63,266 bases of DNA from a virus (Duplodnaviria; Caudoviricetes). The notes below the pieces were generated by a model. The model was not told where the DNA came from. It ran no database searches and saw nothing but the letters and a program-made list of their open reading frames with translations. Made by a program: the position numbers and the translations under genes. Positions 18,789 through 27,500 of this stretch are shown here, piece after piece; the first letter of the stretch is position 1; each line of letters starts with the position of its first letter. The stretch lies in the IMG/VR virus record IMGVR_UViG_3300045970_000244, positions 1-63,266 of that record; one strand, 5' to 3'.

Positions 18789-21155
18789 CTAGGCAGGGTT
18801 TTGCCCATCACGAAGCCCAAACCCGCCCACACTGAACGCCTGATACTCGCCTTCGAGCACCTTTTGCCACTCTTTTGCGTCCTTGATTTTGATGCCCAGC
18901 ACCCACGATCCCTTCTTGATCTTCTGCGGCCCGTACTGCCCGCCTTCAAGCTCCATGTCGACCGGGGCGATGTAACTCTCAACAGGTTCGGCTTGTATCG
19001 CCCGCCCGTGCCCAGAGCCCACAACCCGCGATTTCTGCAAATATATGTGCGCTGCGCTCTCAATATCATCGGCAGACATCCAATCTTCTTGAGAGTCGAC
19101 CTCGTCGGGAGCGAGCACCACACCGTAGACGACTTGCTTGTGCTTGTCGGCCTTGATGATAGGGACCTGTCTCAAGTCTTTGGAATCTGCCTTCTTTACC
19201 GGCTTTGACCAGTGCGAAATATTGTACCGAAACCCACTGGAGGTCTTTCCCCCACTTATTCCTGCTTCACGCATGAGGGATTCGTGAACGTGCTTGGCTT
19301 GTGCGCTTGGGAGCCCAGAGGAAACACGCTTTGCCCCTTGCGCTGCCGCTGCCGAATACAACGAGCGGTACATCTCTTTACCGAGCCCTTTACCCTGAAA
19401 CTCATCCTCTAGATCCGTTTCCCCTATGTGGAGGGTGTCTCCGAGGACGATCCCATTCCCGATTCCAACCGTCTTCCCTTCTGAATCCTTTATTTTAACG
19501 CGAACCGCCGGGCTGTCGCGTTCGTCTTCCGAGAGGTCGAGCCCCAAATCTTTCCCGGTCAGATGCTCAACTTGCATTGTGGTTTTGGTTGCGTTGTCTT
19601 CAGTGTCCGTGGTCTCGCGCTCCCACTTGTCCCACGCCGCCTTGTGTTCGTCCTTGGCCTTCTGAAACTCGCGCCCGGTCTTCTCTTCGTGGGCCTGAGC
19701 CTCTTGATGAATCTCATGAACCCGCTGGTCGGTGGGGTTCTTGTCGGCCTCTTCTCGCGCGTTGCGTTCGGCGGTCTGAGCCTTGTGCCATTCGCGACGT
19801 GTTTCCTTCATTTTCTTTTGCGCTGAATCAACGACTTTCATGTGCGGGCTGAGCTCTCCCTTGCCCTTGCTCTCTCCACCGCCAGACCCGAATCGCCCTT
19901 TCTCGTCGCGCGACACCTTGCTCTCGTCCCAATCGCCGGCCTTGCTCACTGCCATGCCTGCGCTGCGGGAGTAAGGCTTGTCGCCTTCGAGCTTTGTTTG
20001 GTGATAGCGCACCTTCTGCTCAAGGGTCTGTCGGGCCTTCATCGCGGCCTTCATGTTGTTGTGGGCCTGCTCATCTTTCGGGTTCTTCTCGTAGGATTCG
20101 CGAGCCTTCTTCTCTTCTGAGTGGGCGTCCTTCAGGCTTGCTTGGGCCGTCATCAGGTGGTCGGCATGTGCCTCGCGTGGGGTCGAGTAGTGCTTGCCGC
20201 CAGATTCACCACCGCCAGAGCCAAAGCGTCCGCGCTCGTCGCGGGGATGTTTTGATTCTTCAAAGGATTCCTCTTTGCTCACGGCGTCGGTCCAGTACTC
20301 GCCCAGAGTTTCAAACGCGAGCTGCGCGTCTTCGGACAGCGGCTCCTTCTCGCTCACGCGCTCGAATATCTGCCGGTACACGAGCTTGGCGCCCTTGGCG
20401 ACTTGGCCCTCGTTGGTTTCGAACCACGTCATGACGAGTTCCTTGGGGTACTCGGTCAGTTCTTCCGGGCCCTCGTAAAGCATCTCGCCGCCGTCTTTGA
20501 GAACCCGGGCGATCTCTCCCAGAATCTCCTTCGGCTGAACGTTCTCCATGTCATGCAGGGCGTTGACTACGCGCACACCCTTGGCCACCCTCTCGGGGAA
20601 CGGGAGGCCCAAGCCGAGGTCATGGATCAGTGTCCCATGATCATACGGATAGATGTCGATGCCGATGTGTCCGGGCTCTCGGCAGGAGGAGCATCCGAGG
20701 TCAAGCATGAGCGATGGTTCGCTCTGCGCTTGCCGGACTTGGTCTTGCTCACCGCTGAAAGCCGCGTCCCCGCGCAAAATCTTGCCGTAGTGGTCGGCGT
20801 CGACGTCAAGGCGGGCCTTGGCCGTGATGCTGGCAACCATCGGGTCAATATTTCCGTTGGCGAACTCGTAATCGGTTCCTTCGATTCTCTGCTGCAAAGC
20901 GAGAACGTCAGCAAAAGCGTCGTCATCAACAATGCGGTCAGCCTTAGTAGCCTTGACAATCTTGTTCCTCTTCTTTCCGAGCGGTTGGTTTACGTGAACG
21001 TCAGAGCCGGCGGGCTGGGCCTTCTTGCACTTGGCGGCCTTTGCTTTGCCTCCAGCCGACGCGCGTGAAGCGCGAAAGAGCTGCGACATCATCCAGTCTG
21101 GTAGGTACGCTTTCGATTTCTTGTGCAGGGCCTCAAGGTATCCGGGTGTCGCCAT
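18789..21155 (-). CDS. Polyprotein: capsid-mimic peptide, SAM methyltransferase, two HPRDxxGRF-type modules, GNAT, C-terminal XkdF-type prohead protease
   Basis: LDLGC...LPFP...EIARVLKDGG (class I MTase); EFQGKGLGKEMY (acetyl-CoA motif A); VYGVVLAPDEVDSQED...IESAAH...ESYIAP...KKGSW...AFSVGG (XkdF). Confidence 0.85.
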   Translation of the reverse strand: MATPGYLEALHKKSKAYLPDWMMSQLFRASRASAGGKAKAAKCKKAQPAGSDVHVNQPLGKKRNKIVKATKADRIVDDDAFADVLALQQRIEGTDYEFANGNIDPMVASITAKARLDVDADHYGKILRGDAAFSGEQDQVRQAQSEPSLMLDLGCSSCREPGHIGIDIYPYDHGTLIHDLGLGLPFPERVAKGVRVVNALHDMENVQPKEILGEIARVLKDGGEMLYEGPEELTEYPKELVMTWFETNEGQVAKGAKLVYRQIFERVSEKEPLSEDAQLAFETLGEYWTDAVSKEESFEESKHPRDERGRFGSGGGESGGKHYSTPREAHADHLMTAQASLKDAHSEEKKARESYEKNPKDEQAHNNMKAAMKARQTLEQKVRYHQTKLEGDKPYSRSAGMAVSKAGDWDESKVSRDEKGRFGSGGGESKGKGELSPHMKVVDSAQKKMKETRREWHKAQTAERNAREEADKNPTDQRVHEIHQEAQAHEEKTGREFQKAKDEHKAAWDKWERETTDTEDNATKTTMQVEHLTGKDLGLDLSEDERDSPAVRVKIKDSEGKTVGIGNGIVLGDTLHIGETDLEDEFQGKGLGKEMYRSLYSAAAAQGAKRVSSGLPSAQAKHVHESLMREAGISGGKTSSGFRYNISHWSKPVKKADSKDLRQVPIIKADKHKQVVYGVVLAPDEVDSQEDWMSADDIESAAHIYLQKSRVVGSGHGRAIQAEPVESYIAPVDMELEGGQYGPQKIKKGSWVLGIKIKDAKEWQKVLEGEYQAFSVGGFGLRDGQNPA

Positions 21156-21157
21156 GT

Positions 21158-22123
21158 TTATTCTTCCTCGCTCTCTTCTGGTTGCGCGTCTTCCAGCCTC
21201 TGTGCTGAATTGCCAAAGTCAAGCTCCATGCCGCAAAAACAATGCGGGTGGCTCTCGGTTGGGACGTCAACTTGTTCTCCGTTCGGTAGTGTCCAAAATT
21301 CGTCCAAGGGCACCGCGACACCATCCATGGGTTCACAGATTTCGCACGGGGCTCCATCCACGATCCAGACCTTACGAGCGGTTCCCCGATCAATAAGGCT
21401 CTGGTCTGCGGCCTGCCGCCACACGGCTAGCTGCCCTTGGTTTGTGGCGAGTCTGGTTTCGGTGCGGGCGATCATCATGGCGCGGTACTGCAGCAGGTCG
21501 TCCATCTTCTTGGCGGCGTATGCCTGCTGGTTTGCGGCCGGGATGTCCTTACCCTGCATTCCCCGAACATAATTTTGGTACGCTGCTGTGAGCCGTGTTC
21601 CGAGGCCGATTGTGCCCTTGATCTCGGCTGCCACTTGGCGCGGCGTGAGGGCTTCGTTCATGGAGCGCGCGACCTGTTGCTGGATGAGTTCCTGTGTTGA
21701 TTTTTTTGCGTCGGTTATCCACTCGCCGGTGCGCTTGTCCACGAAGTTCCTGATGGACGGGTTCTTCATGTCGAACCGGAGCTCGTTCTTCACGGGAGGA
21801 GGCAACCTCTCCAAGCTGAATCCAGCCGCTGAGGTCAGCGTGCCCGCGAGAGTGCGGCGCGCGGGGCCCATGTCCTCGTGCATGTCGTCCCACGGGATGA
21901 TGGCCATGATCTTGCTTGGGTCGCCGGAAATCCAGAACTCTTCAATCTTCGCTGCGCTGACTCGTTTTTTGAACGTGCTGTATCCGTGAACGAGGTCCAC
22001 TCGGACGGCGCCGGCCATGTTTTTACTCAGGTTGGTCAGACGCGTGTACGTGCGGGTCTTGGCCCACTTGCTCTTTGGGGCTGCTTTGAGGATAGAGGTG
22101 CGTGGCTCAGAGTGAACCCACAT
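21158..22123 (-). CDS. MuF / SPP1 gp7-like minor head protein
   Basis: RAMMIARTETRLA.NQG, W......CEICEPMDG, HPHCFC; start re-set to ATG 22123 (TGATG overlap). Confidence 0.85.
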   Translation of the reverse strand: MWVHSEPRTSILKAAPKSKWAKTRTYTRLTNLSKNMAGAVRVDLVHGYSTFKKRVSAAKIEEFWISGDPSKIMAIIPWDDMHEDMGPARRTLAGTLTSAAGFSLERLPPPVKNELRFDMKNPSIRNFVDKRTGEWITDAKKSTQELIQQQVARSMNEALTPRQVAAEIKGTIGLGTRLTAAYQNYVRGMQGKDIPAANQQAYAAKKMDDLLQYRAMMIARTETRLATNQGQLAVWRQAADQSLIDRGTARKVWIVDGAPCEICEPMDGVAVPLDEFWTLPNGEQVDVPTESHPHCFCGMELDFGNSAQRLEDAQPEESEEE

Positions 22124-22422
22124 CACCATTGAACCTTTCCGTCGCGTACCCAGCCGTGGAACTTGCACTGGCTCTTGATCTCGCGGCCGTCAGCCAACTT
22201 GAGCGCGCCGGTACAGTCGATGATCGGCGAAACCGTCACCGTGGCGATGTCGTCAGATGACTTTGACCAGATTGCCCCGCTGCCAAACAACGACGGGGCC
22301 GTAAAGCTCACGGCGATAGAGTGCCCGCGCTCGCACACGGGGCAGTCGAACATGAGCACGTTGTCGGCGCGTTCAGCGAACTTGACGAACTGCCCTTTAA
22401 GCTCGCGGAGAGATTTTTCCAT
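22123..22422 (-). CDS. DUF6527-like Cys/His protein
   Basis: F.CPVC...H...W....TVSPII.....C.FHGWVRDG.V.W pattern; GAGGAGG RBS. Confidence 0.65.
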   Translation of the reverse strand: MEKSLRELKGQFVKFAERADNVLMFDCPVCERGHSIAVSFTAPSLFGSGAIWSKSSDDIATVTVSPIIDCTGALKLADGREIKSQCKFHGWVRDGKVQW

Positions 22423-22432
22423 GGCGTCCTCC

Positions 22433-23950
22433 TCAGACGTTCAGGGTCAGTTGCCGGGCCGCTGCTGCGCGCATGGCGGACTGTTGTTCCGTGTCACCTG
22501 TGGCGTTGGTCACTATCGGTGTCGCGGGCTGGCCGTTCACGGGAGTGGTGTCCCCTGAGTTTGCGCCTTGGGGCCGCTGTTTGTCGTCATACGGGATTTC
22601 AACCTGCTTGACGAACTCGTCGGTCGTCTTGCGCGGCGGTGCCACTACTTGGCTTACGGTGCGCAGAGGGTCGATCGGTTCCGGGAGCCCTGCAATCTTC
22701 ATCAGGTACTTCTCAAGCTCACCGTCAGTGGACGGGAACAGCGGATACCCGGCCGACGCCAACGACGAGATGTACGCGCCCAAGTCCTTCAGGTCGATGG
22801 TCTCAAGGTCGCCGTGCACGAGCGTTGGGTAGTCAGTCACCTCAAAGTCGTTCAACTCGAACAGACGCGGTATCGCAAACCGGTTGAACACGTCCGCGAT
22901 GATGTCGAGGAACGCGCCAATGGCCACACTGAACAGCTCGGTCTTGCTCGACTGGAGCGCGAACGAGCCCACGTTGCTGTGCCCGATCAGGATGAAGTCG
23001 GCCAGAGCCGTCATGGCGATGCGTTGGTCGTAACGCTGAATAATCTTGTCGGTGTCGAACTGACGTTGGCCGCCGGTGCTCAACAGCTTCAACTCATACA
23101 TCAGCTTGCCGTTGGTGTCGTAGGCCATGGGGAACACGATGCCCTCTTGTTCGTCGCGACGGATATTCGTGACGATCTCCTTCAGGTTCTGGAGGATCGC
23201 CTTCTGCCCGGCGTTCGCGCCGGATGACAGCAACTCAGGTGGAACCAGCGCCACGGGCAAGCCCGCAAGATCGCGCTCAATGCCGATGGCCTCGATGTTC
23301 TCGATGTTCTTCTTCATGTACCAAGGGCGGTACGCGCCACGCAGGATGCTGCGACCCTCGGGATTGTTCTTGTCGATGGCCGTGCGGAACAGGAGCATCT
23401 TCTCAATCGGGATCTCGGTCAGGTAGTAGTGCGGCGGGGCCAACTGCTGCACGCCCTTGATGCCGCCGTGATCGTCGAACAGCCAGCGGTAGATGGTGTC
23501 CTGTGAGCGGAGGGGAATCTTGCGCCAGCCAATGCGGCCGTCAGCGTGTTTTGACTTCATCCACCCGGGCCCGCTCTGCCCGCAGCGGCGCTTGTAAACG
23601 ATCTCGTGCGCGCTGTACCCGTACTGGAGCATGGTGAGGATTTCGCTAATCGTGTCGGTCCACGACTGCGACATATCGTTCATACAGCTTTCAAGAAAGT
23701 CCGCTGCCTCTTTGTCGTAAGGCTGCTCTGAGGCGGGCTTGGCTCGCCACTGAACTCCACGACAGAGCATGGTGATGGCGAACAGAACGGCGTTCACCGT
23801 GGGGTCGTTGTTGGCCATCTCTTTGTAGATGGCAACCCCTTTCCATCCGACTAATTCTCGAAGGAATTCCTCGTAGACGAACCCGGAGAACCTTTTGAGG
23901 CCGGAGGCTCCGACTTCTCTCATGTCAAGTATGCGAGTATCTTGTTCCAT
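22433..23950 (-). CDS. Portal protein (DUF935-like)
   Basis: YGYSAHEIVYK, NPEGRSILR.AY.PW, IGIERDL.G.P, IPRLFELN; follows terminase. Confidence 0.9.
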   Translation of the reverse strand: MEQDTRILDMREVGASGLKRFSGFVYEEFLRELVGWKGVAIYKEMANNDPTVNAVLFAITMLCRGVQWRAKPASEQPYDKEAADFLESCMNDMSQSWTDTISEILTMLQYGYSAHEIVYKRRCGQSGPGWMKSKHADGRIGWRKIPLRSQDTIYRWLFDDHGGIKGVQQLAPPHYYLTEIPIEKMLLFRTAIDKNNPEGRSILRGAYRPWYMKKNIENIEAIGIERDLAGLPVALVPPELLSSGANAGQKAILQNLKEIVTNIRRDEQEGIVFPMAYDTNGKLMYELKLLSTGGQRQFDTDKIIQRYDQRIAMTALADFILIGHSNVGSFALQSSKTELFSVAIGAFLDIIADVFNRFAIPRLFELNDFEVTDYPTLVHGDLETIDLKDLGAYISSLASAGYPLFPSTDGELEKYLMKIAGLPEPIDPLRTVSQVVAPPRKTTDEFVKQVEIPYDDKQRPQGANSGDTTPVNGQPATPIVTNATGDTEQQSAMRAAAARQLTLNV

Positions 23951-23964
23951 GCTTTTACGTTACC

Positions 23965-25464
23965 TCATCGCCATTTGCTCGGGCCAGTGAAACTTATCGG
24001 TGCCCAGTCTGTCGGCATCCCTTCGTTCAAACGTGTCAGGGCTTGCGACGTGCTGTCAATCTGGTCGTCGTGTGCGCCGTTGGGAAACACGGCCCACTCT
24101 TCAACGTAGTCATGAATCCACGGGGCAATGCTCGGGTCCGGCAGTATCACATTGCCGGCCTCTATGCTTGGCGTCACGGCTTGGGCTCGTGCGAGCTTGG
24201 CGCCACGGGGTCTGATGGGGATCATGCCGGGGATCTTGTTGCGGAGCGTGTCGATCATCGCAGCGCCGTTGGCGGCCTCTTCGACGAGCTTGGCGTGCGC
24301 GGCGGGCCACTTTGCCGTCAGCGTCATGATGGCCATGATGGTCTCGGTGAACGTGAGCCGGGCCCTCACCTGATCCAGCAGATATTTGTTCGCGCCGATC
24401 TTCCCCCAAACCTGCCCAACAACAAAGTCTGTTTGCGGGCCGTCTTTGAAGGTCAAATCCCACGACTGAATGATCTGGTCGAACGCGCTCGTGGCCGGGG
24501 CTTCGCGGTAGTACTTCCACCACCCGCGCTTGATTAAGGTGCCCTCCTCTGGTGACGGGCGCTGCTGGTAAAGCGAAGACCACACGCGCCGTGAGGCCGC
24601 TTTGATCTTGCCCATGTCCTCTAAGCTGAACACAGAGGGCCACAGGGGTTCGCCTATCTTGCGCGGGTCTTCGTCGTTGGAGTCGTCTTCCCTGATGGCT
24701 GGGAACGACAGCACCGTCCATTGGTCGGCCTGCGGGTCGTCCTTGGCGAGCTTGAGGAGCCGGCCGGCGAGGTCGTCTTCGTGCCAGCGGGTCATGGTGA
24801 GCAGGATTCGCGCGGGCGTGCCGTCAGCGGCGTCCTTCAGCCGGGTGCGGGCCGTGGACATGAACCAGTCAAACTGATGCTGCCGGAAGGTTTCGCTGGA
24901 CGCTTCCTTCATGTTTTTCACCGGGTCGTCGATGATGAACGTGTTGGCCGTCTTACCCGTGAGCGATCCGCCCACGCCCACGCTGTGATACTTGCCCTTT
25001 CGGTTGACGATCTCAAAGACCTCAGTGTTACGGGCCCAGTTGCTGTCGCGCCCATCCGAGAGCTTCACGTCCGGGAACAAGGCGCGGTACTTCTCGCTGT
25101 CGATGATGCGCTGTACGTCTCGGTTGAACTGCGCCGTGAACTGCCACCCGTACGACGCCGCGATGATGTTGTGGTCCGGGTCCTTCCCGAAGATGTACGC
25201 GGGCAGGTGCCGGCTCACCATCTGTGACTTACCGATCTGCGGCTGCAGGAAGATCATCAGCCGGGTAATCTCTCCCTTTACGAATCTCTCCAGATACCGC
25301 GCTATCAGCCTGTGATGCCAGTTGATCTTGAACTCGGGCATCGTGTACTTGGCGAACGATAGGAAGTTCTCGCGCCCGAACGAGGCGACCTTCTCACTGG
25401 TGAGGTCGTGCCACGTGGTGAGCTCGTTATTTCTGGTGTTCAATAACTCTGGGCTTGCTTCCAT
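23965..25464 (-). CDS. terL: Terminase large subunit
   Basis: Walker A PQIGKS, Walker B IIDDPVK, MTRWHEDDL, SWD, FPNGAHDDQID. Confidence 0.95.
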   Translation of the reverse strand: MEASPELLNTRNNELTTWHDLTSEKVASFGRENFLSFAKYTMPEFKINWHHRLIARYLERFVKGEITRLMIFLQPQIGKSQMVSRHLPAYIFGKDPDHNIIAASYGWQFTAQFNRDVQRIIDSEKYRALFPDVKLSDGRDSNWARNTEVFEIVNRKGKYHSVGVGGSLTGKTANTFIIDDPVKNMKEASSETFRQHQFDWFMSTARTRLKDAADGTPARILLTMTRWHEDDLAGRLLKLAKDDPQADQWTVLSFPAIREDDSNDEDPRKIGEPLWPSVFSLEDMGKIKAASRRVWSSLYQQRPSPEEGTLIKRGWWKYYREAPATSAFDQIIQSWDLTFKDGPQTDFVVGQVWGKIGANKYLLDQVRARLTFTETIMAIMTLTAKWPAAHAKLVEEAANGAAMIDTLRNKIPGMIPIRPRGAKLARAQAVTPSIEAGNVILPDPSIAPWIHDYVEEWAVFPNGAHDDQIDSTSQALTRLNEGMPTDWAPISFTGPSKWR

Positions 25465-26026
25465 CGCCTTCGATTTCTTGCAGAAACTTCTGCATCTCCA
25501 AAATCTCTTTCATCTTCTCGGCCGGGGTAAGCTGGTCAACGCGCCTGACTTGAATCGGCGAGCCCTCGCCATCGCCGCTTACGCTCATGGTGCGCGCGTC
25601 GCGGAAGCCGTGCAGGTTCTTCAACATAAAAATCAGCGCCGCCGGGTTCCCTTGTGCTGGCTCGTACTCCCTGCGCATGAGCATTTGCCCGGTGTCGGGG
25701 TCACGCATGGGCCGCCCCTCGGAATCCACCAGCGGGGTTTCGCTCTTGATTCTACGGAGCAAACCGGCTGCTTGCATCTTGGCGAGGTTCTCCCAAAACC
25801 GGAGCGACAGGCTCAGTCCTTTTTGTTTGGCCTCCATGAACTCTGGGTATTCATGTAACCACTCGTAAAGTTTAGATTTACCTGTCAGCGTGATCGCCCC
25901 GAACGACTCAAACGAGTTGCCCTCGCCCATGTGTTTGATGAGCTGGTCGCACCACTCTTGTCGGAACGGTGTCGGTTTGCGTCCGACCTTGAGTTTGTCT
26001 TCTGGGTTTTTCCTTGGGGTCGCCAT
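25427..26026 (-). CDS. terS: Terminase small subunit
   Basis: GRKPT.F...HTH (KSKLYEWLHEYPEF..A), AALIFMLKN..G.RD; directly upstream of terL. Confidence 0.85.
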   Translation of the reverse strand: MATPRKNPEDKLKVGRKPTPFRQEWCDQLIKHMGEGNSFESFGAITLTGKSKLYEWLHEYPEFMEAKQKGLSLSLRFWENLAKMQAAGLLRRIKSETPLVDSEGRPMRDPDTGQMLMRREYEPAQGNPAALIFMLKNLHGFRDARTMSVSGDGEGSPIQVRRVDQLTPAEKMKEILEMQKFLQEIEGDGSKPRVIEHQK

Positions 26027-26100
26027 TTGTTTTTCCAATGTATCAGAGCTGGTTCAGCTTTCACACTGGATTGAATTTGCCGAGAGGTCAACCGATTACA

Positions 26101-26327
26101 CAGGGAAGAGGCGGGGACCGGTCAGAAGCATAACTGCCGATCCCCGTGCCCGAAGGCTCCCTAATGGCTGAGTTCAGTTTGCAAGAGCCGCCGACGTGAC
26201 GGAAGCCCTTGTGTCACATGACAGAAGGTTTTGTGTCAGTTCCGGGGCGGTAACTTCCGTGTAGGCCATTCCCCGGATGGATGAGCGACGTCAACCACTG
26301 AGTTCCGGCGCCCACTATAACCGAGCC
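26101..26327 (-). ncRNA. Candidate pseudoknotted structured RNA upstream of terS
   Basis: Nested long-range stems, a 9-bp pseudoknot, a cUUCGg hairpin and an upstream TATAAT; detailed in findings. Confidence 0.55.
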
Positions 26328-26330
26328 TAT

Positions 26331-26364
26331 ATTATAGTCCCCGGGGCTTGGTGCATTATTGCAC
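26331..26364 (-). promoter_or_regulatory. Putative late promoter -10 box with adjacent palindrome
   Basis: Perfect TATAAT (26336-26331) with no consensus -35; palindrome GTGCA-TTAT-TGCAC at 26351-26364. Confidence 0.45.
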
Positions 26365-26457
26365 TTTTGTTGCGGTTTTCTTGCGTTTTGCTTGGGCGAT
26401 ATACTGTTTAGATTAATGATTCTCAGGCGTTAACACTCTTATATCATAATATATATT

Positions 26458-26826
26458 CTATGCGTTTTGCGGCGGGTAGGACCACTTGTTTTCCTTCGCC
26501 CAGTCCAAGGCCATCAGCGCCACGAGGCAGATGAGCTCCGGCGGATTGATGCCCAGCTCGAACTCAAAGTTGCTGTCGCCAAAGAACTCGGCCTTGACCA
26601 CGTAGTCCCAACGGCGGTCGTGGGTGTGGTAGCAGTGGCTCAGGTTGAGCGTGATGCCCTTGGTGCGTAGGACCTCGATAACGCGCAAGGCGAGGTTCAT
26701 GTCTGAGCTGTAGTGCGGCACGAACGCTCCGGACAGGGTTTCGCGGAACTCGTCGTCGAGCATGGACGGTTGCACCTCGACGTTGAACACCCGCCACGCT
26801 ATGTCTGCGTCAAGATCGCGGCTCAT
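26458..26826 (-). CDS. Phage ABA-sandwich-like protein
   Basis: RDLDADIA..VF...PHYSSDM..A..VIE...PELIC..AL pattern. Confidence 0.7.
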   Translation of the reverse strand: MSRDLDADIAWRVFNVEVQPSMLDDEFRETLSGAFVPHYSSDMNLALRVIEVLRTKGITLNLSHCYHTHDRRWDYVVKAEFFGDSNFEFELGINPPELICLVALMALDWAKENKWSYPPQNA

Positions 26827-27125
26827 GCGTCAATCCCCGGTACAGTGTTTTCAAGGTCTTGCAGCAGGAGCAACGCCGCATAGCGCAAGTTCTTCAGGTA
26901 GACCTGCGTTGGCTGGTCGTGGGTGTCGCGCTTGATCTCGTCGTTGAGTTCGTTGATTTTGCTGCGAAGCCGGTCCTTGGATTCGGTGTAACCGCGCAGG
27001 AAGGCTGACCTCAAAAACCCGGCCGCCAGTTCAACGTGCTTGGTTTCGGTCGTAACCTGCGATGCCCCTTGATCTTTCAGGAACGAGAGTAACCCAAGGG
27101 CTTCTTCCGTCGGGTTGAATGCCAT
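26823..27125 (-). CDS. Hypothetical protein
   Basis: GAGGAGG RBS, ATGA coupling to next gene. Confidence 0.7.
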   Translation of the reverse strand: MAFNPTEEALGLLSFLKDQGASQVTTETKHVELAAGFLRSAFLRGYTESKDRLRSKINELNDEIKRDTHDQPTQVYLKNLRYAALLLLQDLENTVPGIDA

Positions 27126-27176
27126 AGGCGCCTCCTCAACTACAGGATGACCGCAAACCCTTGAGATTGGAAGCAG

Positions 27177-27482
27177 TTATTTTGAGGTGACGACGCTCTG
27201 GTGCGCGCTCAGCAGAGTAGTCAGGTGAGAGATGTTCCGGCGGATGGCTTGGTGAGTTGGGTTGCTGCACACCGCGCGGCACGGCGCCGGGCACTGGGTT
27301 TCGCGGCAGTTGTCACGGTCGAGGACTCCCCTCATGTTGGTGATGGCTTCGCGAATCAATTTACAGTCGTAGCACTCACACCGCTGGAGCCCGACCTGAA
27401 TGGTAATGTCGTCGATGGGCTTGATCTCCTTGCCTGCTACGGAGATTCGGGCTTTCTTCGTTTCGTAAGTCTTTGAACTCAT
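27177..27482 (-). CDS. Hypothetical Cys-rich protein
   Basis: CECYDC and CRETQCPAPC..VC; fits operon. Confidence 0.6.
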   Translation of the reverse strand: MSSKTYETKKARISVAGKEIKPIDDITIQVGLQRCECYDCKLIREAITNMRGVLDRDNCRETQCPAPCRAVCSNPTHQAIRRNISHLTTLLSAHQSVVTSK

Positions 27483-27500
27483 GAATCTATTGCCCTTATC

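Noticed and set aside
20370-20710. Polyprotein methyltransferase as the 5mC source for TET
   Set aside because: Lacks the PC and ENV motifs of C5 DNA methyltransferases; resembles small class I methyltransferases.
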